In this document: positions 49,647 to 58,961 of the stretch, piece by piece
Numbering within the stretch: the stretch's first letter is position 1
Layout: each line of letters begins with the position of its first letter
Assembly (NCBI GenBank): GCA_020353515.1
Contig: CP070695.1
Location: forward strand, 3,456,050 to 3,520,049
Length of the DNA stretch: 64,000 bases
Source of the DNA: Candidatus Heimdallarchaeota archaeon
Lineage (GTDB): Archaea; Asgardarchaeota; Heimdallarchaeia; Hodarchaeales; Hodarchaeaceae
Direction of reading: 5' to 3'
Program-made: the position numbers and the translations under genes
The notes under the pieces: generated by a model
The model's input: only the letters and a program-made list of their open reading frames with translations
What the model was told of the DNA's origin: nothing
The model's database searches: none

Positions 49647-50549
49647 TTATTCATTCTCTTCGCTTTTGTTTCCTTTTTTGGATTTCTTGGTCACTTTAGC
49701 CTTTTCTGTCCCTTTTGTTTCCTCTTTTCCTTTTGATTTATCCCCTTCTCTGGAATCTTTTTCGATTTTGGCCTCATCTTTCTTTTTAGTTAACTTTTTG
49801 GTCTTTTTTACTTTCTTTGTTTCAGAATTGTCTTTTGATAAGTTTTCATCACCTCCCTTGGTATCAGCATCAACCTTATTAAGAAGCCTTTGATCAAATT
49901 CATCAGTTTGAAGATTATCTGGTAGATTTAGTTGATCCATATCAAAATTGGCTGATTTATCTGATGAGGATTTCTCTGATGCTTCATCGGGATCAGGTAA
50001 GGTGTATTGATCAAAATCAAAATCGAAATCTTCATCACTAGTCATTTTTCTTCCCGAAGTTTTTGAAGTAACAAAATCTCCTAAGAGTCCCTCTAAATCT
50101 AAAATGAAAATAGTCTGCCCATTTTTTAGTAATCCAATTTTAGAAACTAGAGATGGATTTAACAATTCTTTTCCTTGGAAATATGAATTATTTGCTGATT
50201 TAAATTCTGTAATTGTATCTAATTGATGGATCTGATCTACTAAAATACCAATATCTTGGTCTTTAATTGTTACCAATAAAATAACATTAGAATTAGTATT
50301 ACTTGATATTTCATCCTTTTCACGAGAGTCTTTTCCCCAAAGGAGTACAGAGAGGTTAAATATACTAACAATATATCCACGTAGATTAACGATTCCTTCC
50401 AAGACTGAGGAAGTTCTAGGCAGCTTCAAAATATTCCTAGTTTGGAATACTTCCTTAAGATAATGTACTTCAATGCCATAAAGATCATTAGAAATTCGAA
50501 ATATAAGATGTCTATTTTTCACTTTTTCAGCTTGCATTACTGTTGTCAT
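49647..50549 (-). CDS. cheW: CheW with a long acidic then Lys-rich C-terminal tail
   Basis: LIFRI..DLYGI, GIVNLRGYIVSIFNL, IGILVDQI; about 140-aa low-complexity tail. Confidence 0.9.
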   Translation of the reverse strand: MTTVMQAEKVKNRHLIFRISNDLYGIEVHYLKEVFQTRNILKLPRTSSVLEGIVNLRGYIVSIFNLSVLLWGKDSREKDEISSNTNSNVILLVTIKDQDIGILVDQIHQLDTITEFKSANNSYFQGKELLNPSLVSKIGLLKNGQTIFILDLEGLLGDFVTSKTSGRKMTSDEDFDFDFDQYTLPDPDEASEKSSSDKSANFDMDQLNLPDNLQTDEFDQRLLNKVDADTKGGDENLSKDNSETKKVKKTKKLTKKKDEAKIEKDSREGDKSKGKEETKGTEKAKVTKKSKKGNKSEENE

Positions 50550-50557
50550 TCCTTAAA

Positions 50558-51301
50558 TCACCTTTTTGTATCAGTAAATCTTGAAAAGATAGAAAAGAAA
50601 TTCCTTAACTCAGTTGATTTTTCTTTTTTGATCTCCTGAGTAGTTCCTGAATATTCTGACTTGAGATATGTCGAGTCGGTTTCTTCCATGGCAAAAAGCT
50701 CCTTTTCAACCATCGCGTCTAGATCTATATCTTCCTCTTCTTCGTATTCATAAAATTGGGTTGTTGTTTCTAAAACAACGTTATCTATAATCTGGCCTAA
50801 TTCAGGGAAAATTGACATGTTTGGCCCATCCAAAGTTTTGTCACTAACAACGATATTAACCGAATCGAGAGGAGAATTAGACTCATACACAGGTACCGAG
50901 AGCATCATATGAATGGTTTCAAATATACGAGAAGAAAGTTCATTTACAATCTCAACAGATTTCATTGATGTTACACTGTCTAGGGGAAAATTACCAATTG
51001 TCAACAAGCAGGCTAAGTCTTTCTGACTTCTAACGAATATTCTGGTGCCTTCCCGTGTGCCAATATCATTTAACTCCATATTATTTCCTATCATTTCTCC
51101 AAATTGAACAATAGCGGCCATCAAACCAGCAATCAGTGTTGGATCTTTACCAGAAGTCTTTTTATAAACCCTGGAGAAAATAGGAAGACCACTACTCTTA
51201 TTTAGAAGTAAAATTTCATGTACAGATACCTTGACGTCCGCTTCCTCCGTTTGCTTATCATTTACATCCCCAAGTAATTTTTCGGCTGATATTTTTTTCA
51301 C
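50558..51301 (-). CDS. Longin-domain protein, first gene of the che operon
   Basis: VHEILLLNKSSGLPIFSRVY....DPTLIAGLMAAIVQFGEMI...LNDI....TRIFVR...LACLL, a classic longin pattern; 8 nt from the cheW start. Confidence 0.75.
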   Translation of the reverse strand: MKKISAEKLLGDVNDKQTEEADVKVSVHEILLLNKSSGLPIFSRVYKKTSGKDPTLIAGLMAAIVQFGEMIGNNMELNDIGTREGTRIFVRSQKDLACLLTIGNFPLDSVTSMKSVEIVNELSSRIFETIHMMLSVPVYESNSPLDSVNIVVSDKTLDGPNMSIFPELGQIIDNVVLETTTQFYEYEEEEDIDLDAMVEKELFAMEETDSTYLKSEYSGTTQEIKKEKSTELRNFFSIFSRFTDTKR

Positions 51302-51706
51302 CGCGACATTATTTCATCTTGGATTGTAGATATTTATATTTAATCGATTGTAATCTAGATTTAGTGGTTTAATTGTCTAGTTTTATCTATTTATTCAGGA
51401 TAGAAAACACCTATTGTAAATTTTACAACAAAATTTCTTCTCACATAGGTTTTTTATATATATAAACTATAAAGGTATTTGATAATGCTTGTACAATAAT
51501 ATGAATTGTATTACTATATAAAAACATTCACAAATAATCCTTACTCCATTTATTAGAACGAGTCACTAAAAATATCGATAAATACTGAAAATTAAAATTA
51601 AATTGACAATGTTTGAATAATTAAGATTAAAATTCACTCCATATATAACAAAAAGAAACTACATCCTTCTGTGGTTAATTTATAGTTTAGTTAGGAAGTT
51701 TTAAGC

Positions 51707-52801
51707 TTAAATCCAACCATGTTTGTGAATTAATATCGGGATTTTATGTAATGGTATGATTTCATCAGCATATTTTCCTTCGATAATCGCTTTTGGCATG
51801 GATGGAATAACACAGGTAGATTCATGCTCAGCAAATATTTTTCCCCCGACAGACTTAATCTTCTCTGCACCTAAAAATCCATCTTTTCCCATCCCAGTAA
51901 GAACAATACCAAGAACATTTTTTTTATATACCCTAGCAGCATCAACAAAAGTAACATCAATAGCAGGTATGACAAAATTTATCCTTTCATCAATGAATAG
52001 ACGAAAGGTCTTATCTCTATTAATACCACAATGTTTTCCACCAGGGGCTATATAGACACGATTTGGTAAGATTTTTTCTTTATTATTTGGAATTTTGATA
52101 ATAAGATGAGGATATAAACTCTGTAATCTTTTCACCCAAGGATCTACCATTTGTTCTGGCATATGTTGTACTACTATAATTGGTGGAGATTTGACTGGAA
52201 TTTTTGAAAGTATTAACGAAATTGCACGAGGACCCCCCGTCGAAGCTCCTATTACTAATAATAAATCACTAAATTGTTCTGATATTACTTCAGACTTTGC
52301 TTCTACAGTAGGTTTTGTTTCTTCTTCTTGTAAAAAAGTTTTGAAATCAAAACCTGCATAGGCACGAGCTAAATCTATTTGAGAAAGGTTAGAAATTTTG
52401 TAGAATAATTCTCTTTTAAACCGATTAACATCATTTAGAACCATTGGATCTGGTTTTTTAACAAATTCTACTCCACCAGACTCAAAAACTGACATACCTA
52501 TGTTAGAAAGAGAACGATTCACTTCTCTTTTTGATAGGCCAGAAATCATGATTACTGGAGTAGGAAATCGATCCATAATGTGCTTAATGGTCTCGAAACC
52601 GTCCATTTCAGGCATTATAGCATCAACAAGTACAACATCAGGGGAATATTTGGGTAAAGCCATTTTCATTAAAGCTATTTTACCATTTGGAGCTCCCCCG
52701 ATGACTTCTATGTTTCTTTGACTATCAATGATCATTTTGGTTATTTGATGTCTAATAACTGCTGAATCATCGATTAAAAAGACCTTTATTACTCCTTTCA
52801 T
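51707..52801 (-). CDS. cheB: Chemotaxis methylesterase CheB, paralogue 2
   Basis: IDDS, DAIMPEMDG, GASTGGP, VQHMP, VLTGMGKDG; colinear with 40751..41854. Confidence 0.93.
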   Translation of the reverse strand: MKGVIKVFLIDDSAVIRHQITKMIIDSQRNIEVIGGAPNGKIALMKMALPKYSPDVVLVDAIMPEMDGFETIKHIMDRFPTPVIMISGLSKREVNRSLSNIGMSVFESGGVEFVKKPDPMVLNDVNRFKRELFYKISNLSQIDLARAYAGFDFKTFLQEEETKPTVEAKSEVISEQFSDLLLVIGASTGGPRAISLILSKIPVKSPPIIVVQHMPEQMVDPWVKRLQSLYPHLIIKIPNNKEKILPNRVYIAPGGKHCGINRDKTFRLFIDERINFVIPAIDVTFVDAARVYKKNVLGIVLTGMGKDGFLGAEKIKSVGGKIFAEHESTCVIPSMPKAIIEGKYADEIIPLHKIPILIHKHGWI

Positions 52802-52944
52802 TAAAAATATCTACCTTTTCATCATCATAATAGGAAAAATCAGCTTTTGTTATCTCGAAAAAATAGTCTCAATCATAGTTTATATCCAGCTCCAAATGTA
52901 ATCATTCTTTCTTTAACCATTGGGATAGCCGATCAAAGTAAAAA

Positions 52945-53700
52945 TTAATAAAAACCGTCAAGAAACGCCCGTACATTTTTTCCGAGAACATAATGATTAT
53001 ATCCTCCCTCTAACACTCCAAATCGCCTACATGAGCCTTGATCTTCAGAATATTCGCGGATAATTTTACCGATTGATTTATAATCTTCCGTCGTTAATAA
53101 TCCCCCCCAATCTTTTTCATGCCTATCAAAACCAGCTGATACTCCAATTATATCAACTTCAGAGAGGTCAGAAAGAAATCTCCTCACATTTTGAACAAAT
53201 TGATCTCGTGACCTCCCTTCTACATGATAATATTCCACATTTTGCGAATTACGAAAAGTATTATGTGTTCCATCTCCAAAATGTAGATCAAAATCAATAA
53301 TTACTGCTTTAGATATTTGATTCTCTGATATAAGTCTTTTGATTGCAATAGCGATGTTATTGAAATAACAAAATCCCCAAAATCCTTCAGGACTGGCATG
53401 ATGTCCTGGTGGTCGTATCAAAGCAAACATTGGTTCATTATGATTACAAGCGTAATCACTAGCTAAGATTGCACCTCCAGCTGCTAGTAATGCTATAGCA
53501 TAAACTCGAGAGTTTTTCACACGTAAAAGATGATTTTCTGTATGAACTAATAAAATATCATTATCTATCGCTGGTTTAGGACTTTTTAAATTATAATCGT
53601 GCAAGTCCTCCACGATAGCTTCCATACGGCCTGAATCCGCAGCTGGATCAGAAGTATAAACCTTATAGTAGTCTTGGTGAAAAATGACATGCTTTTTCAT
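52945..53700 (-). CDS. Histone deacetylase/AcuC family protein
   Basis: RPPGHHA, GFCYFNNIAIA, DFDLHFGDGT, VSAGFD, VLEGGY. Confidence 0.92.
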   Translation of the reverse strand: MKKHVIFHQDYYKVYTSDPAADSGRMEAIVEDLHDYNLKSPKPAIDNDILLVHTENHLLRVKNSRVYAIALLAAGGAILASDYACNHNEPMFALIRPPGHHASPEGFWGFCYFNNIAIAIKRLISENQISKAVIIDFDLHFGDGTHNTFRNSQNVEYYHVEGRSRDQFVQNVRRFLSDLSEVDIIGVSAGFDRHEKDWGGLLTTEDYKSIGKIIREYSEDQGSCRRFGVLEGGYNHYVLGKNVRAFLDGFY

Positions 53701-53717
53701 TGGTAAACTCCTTACTC

Positions 53718-56078
53718 CTATTTTTTTCTAGTTTTTTCTTTTGCAAATCGCCAATATAATTCGAACTGTAAAATTTCGTGAATTTTTGTTACATCTCTAG
53801 AGTTCATTCCTAGACACTCTATAAGAACAAGATGATCAAGTTGGTTCACAAATTTTGAATAATCTGAAATTAATTTTTTTGTTGTAAGGATTGATTCTAT
53901 TTTTGTTTCTTTATGACTAGAAATACAAGCTTGAAATTGATTAATATGGTTTTTAGAAAGTTTTCTGGGATTTAATACCAGTAAATTTTGACATTCTTGC
54001 AGGGAGAGTTTAAGCGACCCAAGTCCGAGGGTTCTTGTACCCTGTATTTCCCTAAGTAATATCCCTAGAGTTGAATTTAAGAAACCAAGAAGAGGAAATA
54101 ACCAATCCTTGTTGTTTGCCCAAAAACCAATCCATTGCTTATCAATATGGAGTTCATCAGAATTATAGATAACAAAAGATCGTTTAAAACTCATATTCGG
54201 TATTAATATCTCTGGTTGTATTAATGGTACCTGATACCAATTCTCCTTTGTTCTATTCTTAAAATATGGACGTTTTAATATGTCATCCTGATTTTTATTG
54301 ATATAATCTTGTAGTTCATTTGGACTATCTTCTGTAAGTTTTCTAGGAATGTGAAGGAAATATCCTAATTCTTTGGATGGAGAGAAGATTGTACCCCATT
54401 CTTTAGGGGATTTTGTCATAAGATATAGGTTCTCTTTTGGAAAGTTAAATTGCTTCTTCAATTTCTTGGTAAAGTAAAAAAACCGATTAGCTCCCGTGGT
54501 TGATCCCATTTCTAGCTTTCCAAGATCTTTTAACAAACAAAATTGATCTTTTTTATCTTTTAGTAGTTTTATAAGATAAGAAGACATTGTAAGATAATCT
54601 AATCTTAAAAAAGGAAAAAGTTTCCTTGAATTCATCATTAAAGGAGTTAAATCAGAAATTAGAGAAATTCTATATAAATCAGTTTCCTTTGTTTGTATCT
54701 CAAATCGGATATTAGCAGGCTTAAAAGAAAGCTTTTCTAAATCCTTTGTGAAATTATGTATCCCAAACTGTAATAAAGACTTTAGAGAGTTTTTCCATAC
54801 AATTATGGTTGTATTTTTAAGTTCAGCTTTTTTATGAATCCTGTGTCCGATAACAATATGAGTTCGAATTTCTGCATTATCCCAAACTTCAAACGGTAAC
54901 TCTAAAATGAGATCTAAACAAAAAGATGTTAGAAAGATTTGTTTAAGTGGATTTGTATATCGAGAAGACAACCAAGCTCGAGATAAGACAAATGCGATTG
55001 TACCTCCTCCAACAACTTGCGTAATAGCTTTTAACCAAAAATAGATATATAAGTCTGCTTTTTTATCCCATTTGAGTGATATTTCTGAAAATAAATATTT
55101 GAAAAACTTTGAAATATCCTTTGTAGTTTTAATAGAAGTATTTTTAATTCCATGATGTCGAACATAAGGAGGATTTCCAATTATAATGTGAAATTTGTGA
55201 TGAGAGGATTTATCATCACTAAGAAAATCAGTTTCGAAGATTTGGAATTTTTTGATTAAAGAATTCAGTTTTTTTTCTGAAAATGTCTCGTTTGGAATAT
55301 ATTTCAGATATTGGTGTAGGAGTATAATCTTAGCACACTTGACAATACGAGAGTCAATATCATATCCATAAAGGCGTGAGAATAAAGTATTCATAATTTC
55401 TATCTTTTCTTCTGGTGATATATTAACATTTATTGGATTAGCAAGTATAATGGATAATAGGAGTCTACTCATTTCTGCAAGAAACATTCCTGTTCCACAG
55501 CTTGGATCTAAAATCCTAATACTCGCTATTCTATCAACAATTTGATAATTATCTATGAACTGATAATTTACAGGATATTTACCTCTAAAACTGAGTTCGT
55601 GAAGAGATTTATCATCTAGAGCAATATCCTTTCTGTTACTGAGAAATGAAAACAAAGCATAACGACATATTACCTTAATTTGATTCAAGGGAGTAAAAAA
55701 TATTCCAGATTTTTTTCGTTCATTTGGTTTTCTCAGATTTTCATGAAAATTTGAAAAGATATAAGGCTCAAGATGGTTCTTGTCGTCCTCAATTCTCTTT
55801 AAAAAAATCCACCACCAATCATCCTGATTTAAATAGCTTAGAAATGATTCATTCATTCGAAACTCAAAATAATGTTTAAGCCATTTTATTTCCCAATAAT
55901 TTGATCTTTTAGCTAACTGGACTAGATAAGTTTCTTTGTCTACGAAAAGGAACTGATTTAAACTTGGAAACAGAAATAAAATACTAAATGTTAGGCTGAA
56001 AAAGTTATATAACTCTGGCCATTTATGAGATTCTTTTGTTATATGCTTTAAACATTTAGTCCACTCATTCACTATCAT
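53718..56078 (-). CDS. Eco57I-like DNA amino-methyltransferase
   Basis: RKKSGIFFTP, ILDPSCGTGMFL, LYGYDID, IIGNPPYVRH, ADLYIYF, LGFLNS. Confidence 0.9.
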   Translation of the reverse strand: MIVNEWTKCLKHITKESHKWPELYNFFSLTFSILFLFPSLNQFLFVDKETYLVQLAKRSNYWEIKWLKHYFEFRMNESFLSYLNQDDWWWIFLKRIEDDKNHLEPYIFSNFHENLRKPNERKKSGIFFTPLNQIKVICRYALFSFLSNRKDIALDDKSLHELSFRGKYPVNYQFIDNYQIVDRIASIRILDPSCGTGMFLAEMSRLLLSIILANPINVNISPEEKIEIMNTLFSRLYGYDIDSRIVKCAKIILLHQYLKYIPNETFSEKKLNSLIKKFQIFETDFLSDDKSSHHKFHIIIGNPPYVRHHGIKNTSIKTTKDISKFFKYLFSEISLKWDKKADLYIYFWLKAITQVVGGGTIAFVLSRAWLSSRYTNPLKQIFLTSFCLDLILELPFEVWDNAEIRTHIVIGHRIHKKAELKNTTIIVWKNSLKSLLQFGIHNFTKDLEKLSFKPANIRFEIQTKETDLYRISLISDLTPLMMNSRKLFPFLRLDYLTMSSYLIKLLKDKKDQFCLLKDLGKLEMGSTTGANRFFYFTKKLKKQFNFPKENLYLMTKSPKEWGTIFSPSKELGYFLHIPRKLTEDSPNELQDYINKNQDDILKRPYFKNRTKENWYQVPLIQPEILIPNMSFKRSFVIYNSDELHIDKQWIGFWANNKDWLFPLLGFLNSTLGILLREIQGTRTLGLGSLKLSLQECQNLLVLNPRKLSKNHINQFQACISSHKETKIESILTTKKLISDYSKFVNQLDHLVLIECLGMNSRDVTKIHEILQFELYWRFAKEKTRKK

Positions 56079-56110
56079 TCGCTCTTTTTCCTAATTTAGC
56101 TCGGAGTTTG

Positions 56111-56575
56111 TTAAGTTTGGCTAATAATATCCAAATTAGGTGCCCCATTAGGCAGAAGAATGTCCTTTTTTAACAATTGGATAAGAACTCCGTGAGTAGA
56201 TTTCGGGTGAAAAAAAACTGAAAGAACATCTTGAGTGGGAGTTCTTCCAGCTAGAGGAAATCCTGCTTTTTCAAATTCTTCTATTGTACGTAAAATATCA
56301 GTTGATTCAAAGGCGATATGGAATAAGCCTTCACCTTTTTTCTCTAAATATCTCTTAGTCGGGCCATCAGTCAGAGGAGAGACAAGTTCGATATAGCAGT
56401 TATTTCCAAGGGGAATAAAAGCATATTTGAATTCCTCTACTTCTTTCCCTGTTGCATAATATTGTGTATGGATCTTTATCTTGTCACTATTCTGTCCGAA
56501 TGCATTACAATATTTTGAGATAGCTAATTCTAAATTATGCACAACTACCCCTATATGGTGAAAATTTGTATCCAA
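56111..56575 (-). CDS. VOC family protein (methylmalonyl-CoA epimerase-like)
   Basis: HHIGVVV, IELVSP, YLEKKGEGLFHIAF, FFHPKSTHGVLIQL. Confidence 0.85.
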   Translation of the reverse strand: MDTNFHHIGVVVHNLELAISKYCNAFGQNSDKIKIHTQYYATGKEVEEFKYAFIPLGNNCYIELVSPLTDGPTKRYLEKKGEGLFHIAFESTDILRTIEEFEKAGFPLAGRTPTQDVLSVFFHPKSTHGVLIQLLKKDILLPNGAPNLDIISQT

Positions 56576-56689
56576 ATTGAAATCCTCTCACATCTAGTTG
56601 AGTTACTTTTTCGAATTCAGTTTGATCAAAAATATTTGTACCAATTATCAACAAATAATTTAATTAAGAGTTTGGGTGATCAATTGTGT

Positions 56690-57916
56690 ATGAAAGCTCT
56701 TAGGTTTCATGCAAGTATTCCTAGATATATTACTACAAAATTACTTGGAAAAATAACCAAATCTGCCTATTTAAGTTTTTTTCCCCCTACAAAATTAGAT
56801 GATATTCCAGAACCAGTTGTGCGAAAAGATTGGGTGAAAATAGAAACAAAATTTGCTGGAATATGTGGTTCTGATGTTAACACGATTCTATTACAGGAAA
56901 GTCCTCTTTTAGAACCGTTATGTTCTTTCCCTGCAGTTCTTGGTCACGAAAATGTAGGAATAGTTAAAGAGATAGGCTCTAATGTAAAAAATGTAAATAT
57001 TGGAGATCGGGTTGTTATAGATCCCATTCTGTCCTGTATACCAAGGGGTATTAAACCTGTTTGCCAAAATTGTGAAAAAGGAGATACAGTTTGCTGTGAG
57101 AATTTTGATAGAGGGAACCTTAGTCCTGCTTTCGATATAGGTTGGTGTCGAGATACTGGTGGTACTTTTAGTCAATATTACTTGGCACATGGATCTCAAA
57201 TTCACACTGTCCCTGATAATGTCACAGATGAGAATGCAGTCTTAGTTGAACCATTTTCAATCGGAATTCATGCTGTATTACAACATTTTCCTAAGGATAA
57301 TGAAACTGTCATCGTTATTGGAACAGGTGTTATTGGTTTGATGGTTATAATAGCCCTCAGATCATTAGGAAGCAAAGCAAAGATAATAGCAATTGATAAA
57401 AGAGAATATCAAGGAAAATTAGCTTTAGAAAAAGCTGGAGCAAATTCATTTATTTGCGTCAAAAAAGGTTATTATCAAGAATTTGCCAAACATTTCAAAG
57501 CTCGAATTTACAAACCCATATTAGAGAAAAAAGAGCTAATCGTTGGAGGAGGTGCTGATATGGTATTTGAGTGCGTTGGAATACCAAGCACTATTGAAGA
57601 CGCTTTACGCTTTACAAAATCAGGAGGAAAAATGATTTTAATAGGTAATCCTCATCAGATCAACGTAGATTGGTCATTAATTTGGTTTAGAGAACTAAAA
57701 GTTATCGGATCATTTGGGTCAACATTAGAAAGGGAAGATGATAAAGCACACGCTTTCGATATTGCTTTAGAATTAATGTCTTCTGGGGAAGTCGATGTAT
57801 CATGGATGATTACTCACAAATTCGACTTTCCTAAGAATTATAAGAGAGGAATTAAATATTCAATGAATAAGGAACGGTTTAGAGTTATTAAGGCTATTTT
57901 TTCTTTTACTTATTGA
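56690..57916 (+). CDS. Zn-dependent medium-chain alcohol dehydrogenase
   Basis: AGICGSD, LGHE, structural Cys cluster, IGTGVIG; start at ATG 56690 with GGGTGA RBS. Confidence 0.9.
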   Translation: MKALRFHASIPRYITTKLLGKITKSAYLSFFPPTKLDDIPEPVVRKDWVKIETKFAGICGSDVNTILLQESPLLEPLCSFPAVLGHENVGIVKEIGSNVKNVNIGDRVVIDPILSCIPRGIKPVCQNCEKGDTVCCENFDRGNLSPAFDIGWCRDTGGTFSQYYLAHGSQIHTVPDNVTDENAVLVEPFSIGIHAVLQHFPKDNETVIVIGTGVIGLMVIIALRSLGSKAKIIAIDKREYQGKLALEKAGANSFICVKKGYYQEFAKHFKARIYKPILEKKELIVGGGADMVFECVGIPSTIEDALRFTKSGGKMILIGNPHQINVDWSLIWFRELKVIGSFGSTLEREDDKAHAFDIALELMSSGEVDVSWMITHKFDFPKNYKRGIKYSMNKERFRVIKAIFSFTY

Positions 57917-57918
57917 TA

Positions 57919-58938
57919 TTATTTTTCAAGTTCTACCAAAACTTTCACTGTGATTGAATTAGGATGCAAGATTGCTTCAAAACCCTTGTCTACTATATCT
58001 TCTAATTTGATTATATGGGATATCATTGGTTTAACTTGAACTCGTTTCTTTGCAATGAGTTGCAGAGCTGTTTCAAACTCTGTATAACCACAATAAGCAA
58101 ATAAAAGTTTCAACTCATATTTAACAGCTGTTAAAAAGTCGACTTCTACAGGAAGTTCATAGAAACCTAAAACTAAAAAGTTTCCTCCTTTATTTAGTGA
58201 GGTGAAGGATTCTGATATCGCCTCAGGGGCACCTGTGCACTCAACAACTATATCTATCCCCTTACTGTTTGTAAAGTATTCTAATCTTTCTTGAACATCT
58301 TCTTGAGATGGATCAATTACAAAATCAGCACCCAATAAATCAGCGAGATTTCTTCGTATCTTATTTTTTTCAATTACCCCAACTAAGTTTGCCCCTTGAA
58401 GCTTCCCAACTTGAACAGAATATAGTCCTACTGCTCCTGCTCCTTGAACGATAACATTTGAACCTAGAATCGGTTCCCTGATCCGTTTATATCCATGTAA
58501 AACTGTAGTTAAAGGCTCCACTACAGCTGCTTCTTCATAACTCACTTCTTCAGGAATTCTATATAATGCTGTTTGTGGTAATATAACTAAATCTGCAAAT
58601 CCACCATTTATGGTTATTCCTGGCATCTTTTTATTGTTACATAAATTATGGCGGCCTTGTTTGCACAAACTACACAGATTACAAGGAATAACAGAATTTG
58701 GAACTACTCGATCTCCAATTTCCCATCCCATGACCTTTTGGCCGATATCAACTATTTTCCCAGAAAATTCATGACCTAGTATTATTTCACTTCCGTTCCT
58801 ATATTGATAAAAGCCCAAATCGTTGCTACTTATTCCGCAATATTTTGGACGAATCAACACATCATGTTTACCCATTTCTGGATCAGGTACCTCTTTTACA
58901 ACAATGTCTTTACTTTCCTGTAAGACAGCTGCCCTCAT
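57919..58938 (-). CDS. Zn-dependent medium-chain dehydrogenase (butanediol/threonine dehydrogenase-like)
   Basis: ILGHEFSG, CNLCSLC..G..NLC, GAGAVG; the catalytic-Zn motif reads CGISSND. Confidence 0.88.
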   Translation of the reverse strand: MRAAVLQESKDIVVKEVPDPEMGKHDVLIRPKYCGISSNDLGFYQYRNGSEIILGHEFSGKIVDIGQKVMGWEIGDRVVPNSVIPCNLCSLCKQGRHNLCNNKKMPGITINGGFADLVILPQTALYRIPEEVSYEEAAVVEPLTTVLHGYKRIREPILGSNVIVQGAGAVGLYSVQVGKLQGANLVGVIEKNKIRRNLADLLGADFVIDPSQEDVQERLEYFTNSKGIDIVVECTGAPEAISESFTSLNKGGNFLVLGFYELPVEVDFLTAVKYELKLLFAYCGYTEFETALQLIAKKRVQVKPMISHIIKLEDIVDKGFEAILHPNSITVKVLVELEK

Positions 58939-58961
58939 TTGTAATCATCACTTTTTTTTTT

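Noticed and set aside
40751-52801. Inverted cheB copies as ends of a composite transposon or invertible segment
   Set aside because: The copies are substantially diverged, and no transposase, recombinase or terminal repeats were seen.
5225-56078. MTases as BREX PglX, DISARM or type I/IIG restriction systems
   Set aside because: No pglZ, brxC, helicase, hsdR or hsdS genes and no evident PD-(D/E)xK motif; the proteins are shorter than typical IIG fusions. A cryptic nuclease cannot be excluded without profile searches.
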